64,000 nucleotides of DNA from Blastocystis sp. Blastoise. Its lineage: Eukaryota > Protista > Bigyra: Opalinata. Made by a program: the position numbers and the translations under genes. The stretch covers positions 1,612,001-1,676,000 of the forward strand of contig JBBPEB010000013.1 of NCBI GenBank assembly GCA_039096225.1, in the 5' to 3' direction. Below the pieces are notes generated by a model that saw only the letters and a program-made list of their open reading frames with translations, searched no databases and was not told the DNA's origin. Positions 26,278 through 38,934 of this stretch are shown one piece after another (positions within the stretch are counted from its first letter, which is position 1; every line of letters begins with the position of its first letter).

Positions 26278-27257
26278 ATGAGTCCTATATCCCCTAAATC
26301 TAATAATGAAATGCCTTCATTAATAACAAGTATGTTGGGAAGGCGTGATTCTATGATAAGCGTTGATACATTTCAAGTATTTTTAACACAAAGATCATGA
26401 CTATCAATGATATACAACACTCTAGTCAATAGAACTAAGTCCTCGTTTCCAAACGGAGTTATATCAACAAGAAATTATATTTGGAGAGCAATATGAATCG
26501 GATGATATTCTCGAAGCTATGCAGGAGAATGATATTTCTGAAAATGCGTTGAGAAATGTAATTATTTATATTTATTAATATTTTAAATATATCACAATGA
26601 TATCTTATGAATAAATATAGGTTTATAATTCGATTCCGAAGACAGATGACAATATGATCACTTTAGAAAATGTGAAAGAAAGCTTAAAGGTATTTATTTA
26701 TTGTTGATTATCTTTCGTTTTATTTTATGAATAATAAATAAATGTTTATTTTGCTACTATTTATCCTCTACGTTTGTTTTTTGAATAGCTTTTGGATATA
26801 TCATGCTCTCACGATGATTTTTGGATTTATTATACTTATGTAGATAAGGAGATGGTGGGTAGAATTAACTATCAGCAATTTATTGAAGTAAATAATAGAT
26901 CTATTTATAGAGATAAAACTGTTTTATTTATATATTTTAATTTCTTTATAATATAGTTAGTTTTAAGGTTAAAATATAAGATATGTTCACTTCCTGAATA
27001 TTAGTATATATATATAGAAATAGTTTTAAATAAAAATATTATGAAAATATATATAATATATAGTTATTTAGAAGATTCCAGTCAGATTCAGATGATTTCA
27101 TATAATCATAATTATATTAAATCACAACCTAATGTTCTTGTATATATATGTTATATAATATTGTTATATAATAATGTTATATATATATATTTATAGAATA
27201 TTCAAGATATACTCTTCTTAGAACAACCAGATTGTAATATGTATATTAATATTGTGG

Positions 27258-27325
<68 letters not shown>

Positions 27326-29136
27326 TAATCTTATAAATCATAGAGATAACCACGGTTATTGCTCAACGTTTGGCTATTCGCTACCGTTTAGATCCGTTAA
27401 TTGTTGAAGATATTTTACAGGATTATCCTCGTACGAAAGTATATATAGAGATGATATTATTATTATGATTATAATAATAATAATAATAATAATAATTATT
27501 ATTATTATTATATAGATTGATATATTACCTAATTATATATATGTTATTATTCCTGCTTTCAGAAAGATAGAAAATAATAGTATATATATTAATAATAATA
27601 ATAATAATAATATATATAGGTTACTATACGTCTTTGGCTGTTACTCATTTGGATATTCTTCTAGTGAATAATATATATAACCCTAATGTATTAAATTGGA
27701 ATATATGTATATACATATATATATTTATAATTGTATAAGAATTAGTATCATTTTTAAAAGTTTATCATATATGTTATTTTATTCGTGATTCTTACTCTAT
27801 ATGTATATATTAATATCGTGTGTAGATGAAGCAAACCGTGGTTTATATGATGACGTGAATACTGCTATTAATAAGAAATATAATGTTATTAAAGAGAATA
27901 AAGCACTTTATTTACTCTATTCTATTATGGATCGATATGTATATAGATATAGAATTATTTTTTATTCTTATTGTTCAATTTTTTAATAAAAAGAACTATT
28001 ATTAAATATGTAAACCTATTTATATTACTATTCTATTCATCTATATATACTATAGAGTCTTTATTCCATTAAATATTATATATAGGTTGATAGTTATAAT
28101 GATATATTAAGTTCAATTATTTCTGACTTAGAATTAATGGATATATATATTATGAACAAGGAAAAGAAATTCAACTATACACATGTATAGAAATTATATA
28201 TATATATATTTATTATTTATATATTTAGTTACGTGCTTTGGAATTTACATTAAAAAATCTCAAAATTGAAGTATATATATAATATAATAAATAATATAAT
28301 AAATAATATATATAATATAATAAATACTATAATAAATACTATAATAAATAATATAATAAATAATATATATAATATATTAAATAATATAATAAATAATATA
28401 AATAATATTATAAATAATATAAATAATATTATAAATAATATAAATAATATAATAAATAATATAAATAATATAATAAATAATATAAATAATATAAATAATA
28501 TAAATAATATAAAAAATAATATAAATACTATAATAAATAATATAAAAAATACTATAATAAATACTCTAATATATAGATTGAACCAATGATAAAAACAATA
28601 GATCAACTAATGACTTTAACAAAGCCTGTAGATTCAATAGGAAATCAGATTAATTCAGATGATTTCAATAGTGAAAATATTTGGTATTTATTCCGAGATT
28701 TACAAGATCATTTGAATCAAGTATATAAACAATGATGCATATTCTTTCAATCTATAATATCTGATTTCTAACAATTAAAATAGATCTTATCGCTTATTGA
28801 TGATGAAGTAGGGGAAACGCAAGCACTTGATGAACAATGCACAGCTCTCAGAGAACAAAAGTAAGTGTAATATATATAGTCGAATCTAAACTAATGCATC
28901 TCTTCTTTAGAATTAATAAAATGTTAAACTTGTTAACAATCATTCAATCAGTTTTTCTTCCTATTCAATTTCTTACTGCCGTTTATGGCATGAACTTTGA
29001 TAACTTCCCTGAAATCCATGTTGAACACGGCTTATATTGGTGGTGGCTAGTCACAGGGATACTCTTCTTTGGTGTTATTGGAATCGTAGTCTATCTTTTG
29101 AAACCAAATAACAAACAATCGATCTCTCATTTTTAA
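26278..29136 (+). CDS. CorA-family Mg2+ transporter with N-terminal EF-hand-like pair
   Basis: LDPLIVEDILQDYPRTKID, LLYSIMDRYVDSY, YLFRDLQDHL, INKMLNLLTIIQSVFLPIQFLTAVYGMNFDNFPEI (GMN motif plus 2 TMs); N-terminal KTDDNMITLENVKESL / YVDKEMVGRINYQQFIE. One internal junction near 27690-27825 is uncertain. Confidence 0.88.
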
Positions 29137-29923
29137 GGTTTTTACTAGTCAATATGAAAACTAAATTTTAAATTATCACTCACATGTATTTACCAGTTTA
29201 TTCATTTTCTTTTCATCTATTATTTAGATTACTATAAAATACTAGTGTTTACTTAGTATGAAGTCAGTACTTTTTTTTCAAAGAAAGTGAAGACAGTTTT
29301 TGAAAAGTGATAAAAATGTGTTTTTCATCCGTATCCTTTTTATTTTAATCTTTTATTAAATGAGACATAAGATATAGCATAAAGTATAAATAAACAGAAG
29401 ATAAAAAACGATACTAATAATGAAATAAACGATCTAAAAGATCTTACAACCTTGAAGTCATGTCAAAGATGACACATCCCAAATGAACGTGGTGTAGAAT
29501 AAAAAACCAATAAAAAGAAGCGCCATTGTTTTTTAGATAAGATTAGCACACATCGGAATGCTAAAATCTGGAGAATTATTTATTTTTTAGTGAGAATTCA
29601 ATTAATAGTCGTAAGAATACACAAACATGCATCATTTGTTGTTCTCAAAAAGAAAATCTAACGTTTTAATCGTGTATTTTTATGGGGAATAATAGATTTA
29701 TCTCTATTAAAGTCAAAAGAATTAAGGAAATCGTGAAGACCAAAGACTGACTCTAAAAAAATTATGATTAAAAATAGCCAATAAACTCTTAGTCCTATCC
29801 TAAACCATTCCCTTTTTCTTTTGGGAATTACTCTTAGAGAAAAAAATCGCTATAATTTTAAAAAAACCATACAGTTTGCTATTAGGTGTGGATTTATAAG
29901 TCCTTATTTGCATATTTATATTT

Positions 29924-30775
29924 ATGAAGGTAGAACAACAAAGATATTCTATCGCTATTGTTTGTGATTTCTTTTATCCTCAACTTGGAGGTGTTGAAAA
30001 TCATATTTGGTCTTTAGCTCAAGCTCTTATCCGTAAAGGACACAAAGTTATTATTCTTACTAAAAGTTATGGAGATCGTGAAGGTGTTCGTTATATGGAG
30101 AGTGGATTAAAAGTTTATTATTTACCCTTACTTAATATGGCTGCTGGTGTTGTTCACGTTGGATATTATTCATGGCTTCATTTATGGAGACAAATTATGA
30201 TCCGTGAAAAAGTCCAAATTGTTCATTATCATCAAAGTACAACACTCTTACAAATTATTTCTTCTTTGTATTGTGTTGCTGGCAACATTAAGACTGTATA
30301 TACAGATCATTCTTTGATGGGATTCGCAGATACTGCATGTGTTTCACTAAATAAAATTGTTCAATGTTCCTTATCTAATGTTGATCATATGATTGCTGTT
30401 TCTTATACAAGTCGTGAAACCTTATGTCTACGTACTCATCATCAACCTCAAGATATTTCTGTTATCCCAAATGCTGTTGATGCTACTCGATTTTATCCTA
30501 ATTTAAATTTACGAGGTACAACTGATGTTATTAACGTTGTTGTTCTTAGTCGACTTGTTTATAGAAAGGTATATAGGTTTTTTTGATTTAAAAAAATAAT
30601 TATTTGTTGTATATTTGTTGATTATTATATTTATTATATATATATATATATATAGGGTGTAGATTTACTTCTTCTTGTTATTCCTATGGTTTGTAAAGCA
30701 TGTCCTAAAGTTCATTTTATTATTGGTATTTATATATATAGTTATATTATTCTTAATAATATTATAATAATAATT

Positions 30776-30826
<51 letters not shown>

Positions 30827-31388
30827 TGGAGATGGTAATAAGAAAATTGATTTAGAATGTATGATATATAAGTATAGATTACAGGACCGTGTTGAACTCT
30901 TAGGTGGCATTGAACCTTCAGAAACACAAAATATTTATGTATATATATTTTATTTAATTGAATACTTTATGATTATTATTATGATTATTATGACTATTAT
31001 GATTATAATTATGATTATATTTATATATAGAACCGCGGGGATGTCTTCTTAAATTGTTCTCTAACCGAAGCTTTCTGTATTGCTATTCTTGAAGCTGCTG
31101 CGTATATATATATTTTTTTAAATCACTATATATATTTGTTCTTATTCTTTATATTTATATTTATATATATATATAGATGTGGTTTAGAAGTTGTATCTAC
31201 TCCCGCGGGAGGTGTAGAAGAAGTTCTTCCTTCTTCTATTTTACAGTTATGTACTTTTGAAAGTGAAGATATTGCCGCCAAATTAATTGCCGCCATTCAT
31301 AAAGTAGCTGAAAAGAAGAAAATTGAGGGAGAAATTGAACGTTCTGCTTTTGCTTATAATGAATTAGTTAAAAACAGGTATATATTTA

Positions 31389-31478
<90 letters not shown>

Positions 31479-32166
31479 TTTTTTTTTGAATATATTTCTT
31501 TTGTGTATATTATTTTATATATTGATTTTTAAGAATTTTATTTCTTAACAATTTTCTCTATTTTCTTTTAATAATTATATGTATATATATAGTTACAGTT
31601 GGGGTAAGGTAGCAGATCGTGCAGAGATCGTATATAATACTGTTATGTCTTCTCGTCACTCTCTTCTCTATCACATGCAAACCTATATGAGTGCAGGACC
31701 TGTATATATAATATAATAATAAAAATATCGATTTCTTTTAAATATAAATATACTATTTATATTCTACTATATAACTATATAGACTATACTATATACTATA
31801 TCTATAGATTGCTGGTTTTTGTTATCTTCTTCTTATGCTTATAAGTTTCTTATTCTTATTTATATTTGATATTGTGACTCCCGCCAGTACAATTGAACCC
31901 GCCTACGACTTCTACAGAGACGTTTATCTTCAACAAACGTATATATATCTATATGTTATACTTATTATTAATATCATTTATATTATTATTATACTTATAA
32001 TTATTATTTATATTATTATTATATATATAATTATTATATTTATAATTATTATATACCCATTAATAATACTCCATATATATATATATCTTTATATAGTGAA
32101 AATAAATTAAAGGGAAAACTAGGGAACTCAGCTTCTCCAAATTCCGTTTTACAACCCTTATTATAA
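29924..32166 (+). CDS. PIGA: Phosphatidylinositol N-acetylglucosaminyltransferase catalytic subunit (PIG-A/GPI3)
   Basis: CDFFYPQLGGVENHI, YTDHSLMGFAD, VIPNAVD, SRLVYRKGVDLL, GGDG, FLNCSLTEAFCIAILEAA, C-terminal TM. Confidence 0.96.
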
Positions 32167-32865
32167 TATTAATATATATATGTATATATTCTATTCATTC
32201 TCTATAAATTCAATTTCATTATTATATCTATTTTTCATTTAATTATGTATATCTATTTATTTATTAACTATTGACTAGTTGTTAAACGTTTTCTAGACTT
32301 TTTATTACCTTCAGATTATATATATATATATTTATATAATATACATTTCTTCTTTTCTCTCTTTTTTCCTTTTCTTTTATTTGTAAATGTTTCATTTTTC
32401 TTTTTTTACATTTTAATATTGTAATGTTTCATATTTATATTAATTATAATCACATTTACATTTATTTTCATTAATTTTTAAAAAAATCATTTATATTTAT
32501 TCTACCTTTACGTTATTATACATATAAATTATTTATATTATAATATTTTGGTCCATTTAATTATTTTTTTCGTTGTAGCTGTTTTATCTCTTTAATTGTT
32601 CGTAGAAATTATCATCTCTTTGGAGTATATTTATATCTACTCACTATTTTTGTTGATTCTGTGTACATACTATTGTCTTATTGAATTAGTTATGTTTATA
32701 TATATATCAATGAATTTATATTTATAATAACAAAACATAGGATTCTAACAAAGATATTTTTAAATGAGGTTTCTTTACTTTTTTAATATTTATTTAACAA
32801 ATAAACATCAATTTATTGTTGTAAAGAGAGTCAAAGCAATTATGCATTCAAATATAAAGAATAAC

Positions 32866-33573
32866 TTACATAGGAACACTGATTTCTAAACAAAGAATTT
32901 CTTCTTGATCCTATATAAATAATTATAAATAAATTATATAAATAATTATAAATATTTATAATAATAATATTATATAAATTATATAATAAATAAAATAAAA
33001 TATTTATAATAATAATATTACATAAATTATATAATAAATAAAATAAAATATTTATAATAATAATATTATATAAATTATATAATAAATAAAATAAAATAAA
33101 TACTTGATCTAACATAGTTACATCAATCTTATAAGTACCACTTGGAGGATTGACATTAAATAAAGCCTTTTCAATAACATCAAGTTTTCCAGCTTCTTGA
33201 GGACAGCTTAAACCTTGAATATAAATAGCACCACTCTTGAAAGGAAGATCAATTACACTATCAGAACATAAATCACCAGTCTTCTTAAGAACAGGAATAT
33301 TACGATAAGAACCACTAAGTTTCCAAGTAGAACCTTGAGTAACACGTTTATCAATTAAACCAAAACCATGAGCAGTAGTATTAACGAAAGGAACAACGGG
33401 ATTAGGATTGATTTCAACACTATCAAGAGATCCATGAGCATTAGATCCAGAACAAACTTTCCAAGTTATAGGACCAGGAGCAGCAAAAGCCTACATTCAT
33501 ATATACTTAAACGATAAAGAAAGAATATATTTACAATAGCAGCAATGCAGAGAAGAAGAATAGCCTTGTTCAT
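32866..33573 (-). CDS. ML (MD-2-related/NPC2-like) lipid-binding secreted protein, 3 exons
   Basis: Signal peptide MNKAILLLCIAAIAFA; WKVC...SVEINPNPVVP...GDLC...SCP...PPSGTYKIDVTMLDQDQEEILCLEISVPM*, typical of the ML/PG-PI transfer protein pattern. Confidence 0.8.
32950..33095. repeat. Intronic 48-bp minisatellite, about 3 copies
   Basis: Visible as the 16-aa repeat LFYLLYNL(Y/C)NIIIINI in the spurious ORF 32840-33115; lies in the last intron of the ML gene. Confidence 0.75.
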
Positions 33574-35105
33574 TATTGTATATAAAGAAAAATCGTTTAT
33601 AAATAATAATTTATACAATAAACACAACTTTTTTTTTTGATAAAAAGGTCATTTGTGGTTGAATAATGGAGAACTCGGACGCATTTCTACATAGGTCGAC
33701 TTTAATGAAAATCACCAATAAAATAAAGAAAAAGGAAGGAGTTAGATTTGATTAGAACAAATAGAATCATTAGAATGGATGACACCATCCATTAGTCAAT
33801 CCAACCTTTCATTATTATTCCAAAAACAGAGATTCTGTATAGTGATGTTGATATTAATGAATTCTATACTTTCTTATACGATGAATTCCCTATCATTGAT
33901 ATTTTTATGTATATTACTAAACATTTTATTTGTCTCAATCCTACCATCCCTAAAAGTCACCAATATTGTGACTTTTTGATCTTTTTTGAATGGCTTCCAT
34001 ATTCATGACAATCCTAAATAGTGGAAACACTTACTTTTAAATGAATCTCATTTATATCTCCTTTTCTATAGATACTTTTTATAAACAACTTATTTTTCTT
34101 CGTTTCTTTTTTTTTGACATAGACTTTTCTTCATAGATTCACTTATTGTATTTTCTATCATTTGAATAAGGCCTATAAGCCAACAACTTTGTTTCCTGGC
34201 TCTTTTTCTTCTAGTGACCATTCATATGAATTGAATGATTTATAACATAGTTCAAACAGTTGAAAAAGAGAGACAAACTATAAATTACTCTTTATCTATC
34301 TTCCTTCCATTTTTAAAAGTTCAAATCACTCTTTCTTTGTATTTATATGAAATATAGATCTAATTATTACTTGATAACATAGACTAAAGTCTCTATGAAT
34401 AAAATCTTTTATATTCTGTAGATATTCTACATTTTCTTCCCAATTCTTATTATTAGAATCGGCAAGCTTTTTCTAGGATTTCTATAATAAAACGACGTTC
34501 ATCATCATTACTATATGCTGAAAACACGAATACAATAATATTATCGTTAAAAACGAAAAAAATATAATATTTATTTGTTAACTCAAATGGGCCTTTAAAT
34601 TAATATTTTAGAGATTATTCCATGTATAAATGAAACAGAAATTCATTCTGAGTATTTTTGTATAAATAACATAATTTTAGTATATATTTATATAAATATT
34701 ATATGAAAACTGGGATCTTCATTCGATGACTAGTAATGAACATAAATTATAGTTGATGGAGTTATATGAGTGAAGTGAGACATTTCTTGAGGATCCCTTG
34801 ATGGGATTCTAGGAAGAATAAGACAAATAGAGACATAAAACTGTTTACGCGTGAGGAGCTAGGAAGTCAATTTGTTGGTTGAAATAATGTTGATTATCCA
34901 ATAAAAACAATACTTTTTGAATAATCTTCTTTTTACTGGATGAGCTTCACTAAATAGCTGTTTGAATGGTTAAATCTCTTTTCACCCAATCATCATGGCG
35001 AATCAGTTCCGTGATTATCTTAGAGTTTTCAGTAGCTTATTTGTTGTTGAGACACTCGACAAAACATGAATAGCTTCATTATTATTTTTTTCTATTTTAC
35101 ATACC

Positions 35106-36040
35106 ATGATCTCCTTAAGACAACAAATACTATTTATATTCTTTATCACCACAGCATCCTCCATATGTATTTCATATTTTCATATTTTTTTCTACTCATT
35201 AGATTGTGGTCATTTCTCTGATGCGTGCCAAGTTGAAGTTATTCAAGGTATGACATAATATACATTTGATTCATGATATATAGGGTACGATGTCTTTTTA
35301 TATTCTGGTCTTAGTGGCGTTGATTCAATTGTGACTCGTTCCTTTGAACCAACAAGCACATCCTGCAAAGAACCACACCGAAAAGCTATTATTCGGAAGT
35401 ATATCTTATTTTGCTGATTGTTAAAAACCACTATTCATTTTCTTTAGGTACTCCATAGATCCTATACCAAATGAAGAATGTATATAATTATTTATTATTA
35501 AAAAATAAAGCATTTAGACTCATATAAAACTATTTTGAATGATGTACAATTCATCTATTGGGATGTTACTGCTGTTCTTTTGTTTAATTGTAATATCACT
35601 TTTCAAACAAATACTGCTTACAGTGTAAAGTATATATATTTATTATAAATAGAAATTATTAATCTATTTTTAATGAAATTAAATATCATTTATTTCTTTT
35701 TAAATATAACTTATAATTTTGTATACTATATAAAGTGAATTCTCCTGTAATGATGCGAATACTCAATATTGGAATCAGTTAAGAGCTGAAATTGGCTCAA
35801 ATACAACAATGTCATTCGCTTTTTCTGGTATATTTTTTATATATATATGTGTTTTTATAATGATTATATATGTGTTTTTATAATGATTATATGTGTATTT
35901 TTAATTATAATATATATGATTTTATAAGGATTATATATGATTTTATAATTACATATATATATGATTTATAATTACATATCTATAGATTCTGGTAATCTTC
36001 TTTATAAGGATGAAACATATATATATATGGATGCTCAAGG

Positions 36041-36097
<57 letters not shown>

Positions 36098-36679
36098 TTG
36101 TCCGTTGTCTCTCTCTCATTCTGGTCAAATTATACTTCTTCTTTCCCTCTTATTCATTGGAGTTATATTTATATTATTCATGGTTTACTTGTATATATAT
36201 ATAATCATCATTATTATTCATTATAAATTCTATATATGTAATCATTATTATTCATTTTAAATACTATACATAATCATCATTATTATTCATTATAAATTCT
36301 ATATATAATCATCATTATTATTCATTTTAAATTCTATATATATAGTATATATAAACATCAACATAAATCTATGTCTCCTTCCTCTCCTTCTCAATCATTA
36401 TTATTAGATACTAACGAAGAATTTGAACTCTCGAATTTGACTGGTCACAGCCGTTCGTCAACACCCAATAAATTATTCTCTTCATCGACGCGTAATCCGT
36501 CACCCTTATTATTCCTTAGACATGCATTTGGGAATAATCCGACGAATTATGTACTTGAATTTAATGACCCATCGACGAATCACGTGCCAAGTCATCTGAA
36601 TATCATGACAGATGACCGTTCAAAGAACACAAATGAATTGAGTTCTCATTCATTTTCATCACCTCCTATTTCTTTATAA
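35106..36679 (+). CDS. Unknown type I membrane protein (signal peptide, Cys-containing ectodomain, TM, Ser-rich tail)
   Basis: Eight GT-AG introns give a continuous frame MISLRQQILFIFFITTASSI-YCGHFSDACQVEV...GCPLSLSHSGQIILLLSLLFIGVIFILFMVYF...SSPPISL*; mostly missed by the ORF track. Confidence 0.72.
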
Positions 36680-38934
36680 TTATAGTCTTTTTTCGATAAC
36701 TATACACTTCTTTATCTATATATAAAGAACTATCTTCTTTCTTTCTTTCATTTTTATATATATTATCATATATATATATATATTATAAACTTTTTATTAT
36801 AACTAATCTATAGTTTATGATTAAATATCTATTTATATATATATATATATATTTATTATTTTTTCTTTTTAATTCTGCAAATTTATTTCTTTTTATTATA
36901 TATATCTTTTTATTATATATATATATATTTCTAAATATATGTATACTTATATTCTTTTTTCTTTGAATTCAATTTTTTTTGTTTTTGTTTTTCTGTCTTT
37001 TTTTATATATATCTTGTTAATATTTTCACTATATACTATATATATATATATTTATATATATATATATTTTTTTCTAGGATATTGTTTGTATTCAATTTTT
37101 CTTCTTATTCTTATCTATTCCTTTTTATTATATATATTTATTATATATATAATAGAGTCTATTTCATTTTCTTTATATATATATATATTTTTTTCGGTAA
37201 ATCGAATCTATATTATTTTTTCTCTTTATTTTTCTATATATATTTCTTCATATTATATACTTTTTTTTCAATTAACTGTGTTTTTATATATATATATAAA
37301 TCTTAATTAGTATTTCTTTTATATTCTTTCAAGTGTTGTATATATTGACTATATTTATATATGTGCTGTTTATATAGACAATATATATCTATTTTTATTA
37401 CATTTGTATATATATATTATTTTCTATAAAGTATATATATATATATTCATTTTAAATAACTTAGTGAATATGTATATCTTTATATTTTTTTATACAACAA
37501 AACTTATTATTTTAGAATTACAATAATTATTAATACATAATTATTCTTATATATATAATATTATCCATATATATTTTGTATACTTTTATATACTTTTATT
37601 CTTTTTCTGTATTCTTTATATTATTTTATATTTTTCTTTTTTTAAATTTTCTTTTTAATTTATTCAAATTCATACTTGTATATTCAAATTATTAGTATTA
37701 TAGTTAGGAAAAAACCTTTTTATTTCTTTATCTTCTTTATTCCTTATTCGTTTAGAATTCTAAACAATTCTATTCTCCATATTGACATTCAATGATTGGC
37801 CGCTTTATTAACGGTCCTTCGATGATCCGATTCCCGTGATTATTCTTATGTCATCTATTTTTTTTTGTGTTATTTGAATATTCTTATACACTCTATATAT
37901 ATATATATATCACTCCTAAACATTCTATGTTTATGACTATATATATATATATTCTTAAGGTCATTTCACCTTATTTTATTTCATACTATTTTCCTGTATA
38001 TATATATAACCATTTTCATTCCTTCTATTCCTTATATTTCTTATTATTTTTTACAGGTTTATTTTCTTATTTAATCTCTTTCTATATATTCTTAATCATT
38101 TTTATTCTATTCTTTTTCTTTTATTCTATATTCATATTCTATGTATGTTGTCTTATTTTTGATTCATTATCATTATATATATGTAATATCTTTTTATATA
38201 AATCTATTTTTTCATGTAAATTTCTTTTTTTTTAATATTTGTTTTTGTCTTTGTTCTTCGTCCTAATTTTTTAAATTATATATATAATTATCTTCTTTCA
38301 TTTCTTTTTTTAAATAAATATATTTTTGTCCAAAATTCAATTTTATTTCTTTTGGATTTTCGTTCTTTGTTTGTTATTCATTACATTCAATTTTTCTTTT
38401 GTTTATTTGTTTTTTTTTTGTCATTATTTTATTTTTCTATTTTTGATTCTTATCAATTTATTATTTATATTTTAAAGATGAATTATATTATTTTGTATTA
38501 TACATTGACTTTCTTCATTATGAACTTTTTATTTTATTTAATTTTTTTTTGCAGAATTATTTTATGTACAGTTATCGCCTTGATTTATATTCCATTTTAG
38601 GTTTGTTAGTATTTAAACAGTATAGGTTTAATGTTATTGTTATATAATAGGTTTGTTTTGTTTTTATTTATAATTCTATTATTTATTACAATTCTACATA
38701 CTCATTCATTGTTATATTGATTTATTATATTCAATATTCATTCAATAATATATATAATAAAATTGGCATACAATAATTTACAAAAAAAAATATTTGTTAA
38801 TATTTTTTTGAATAAAAAATAATAAAAAAAGAAGCTAGTTTTATTTCTGTTTTTTCTTCGTTTCTTCATTTCTTTATAAAATCTATCTTTAAATAGAAAC
38901 AAACTATCATAATATATTATTTGTTATTTAGGGA

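Noticed and set aside
27660-27825. Possible non-canonical junction in CorA (LLVNN|ILISCVDE)
   Set aside because: A canonical phase-1 GT-AG solution exists and no convincing U12 signals are present; unresolved without RNA data.
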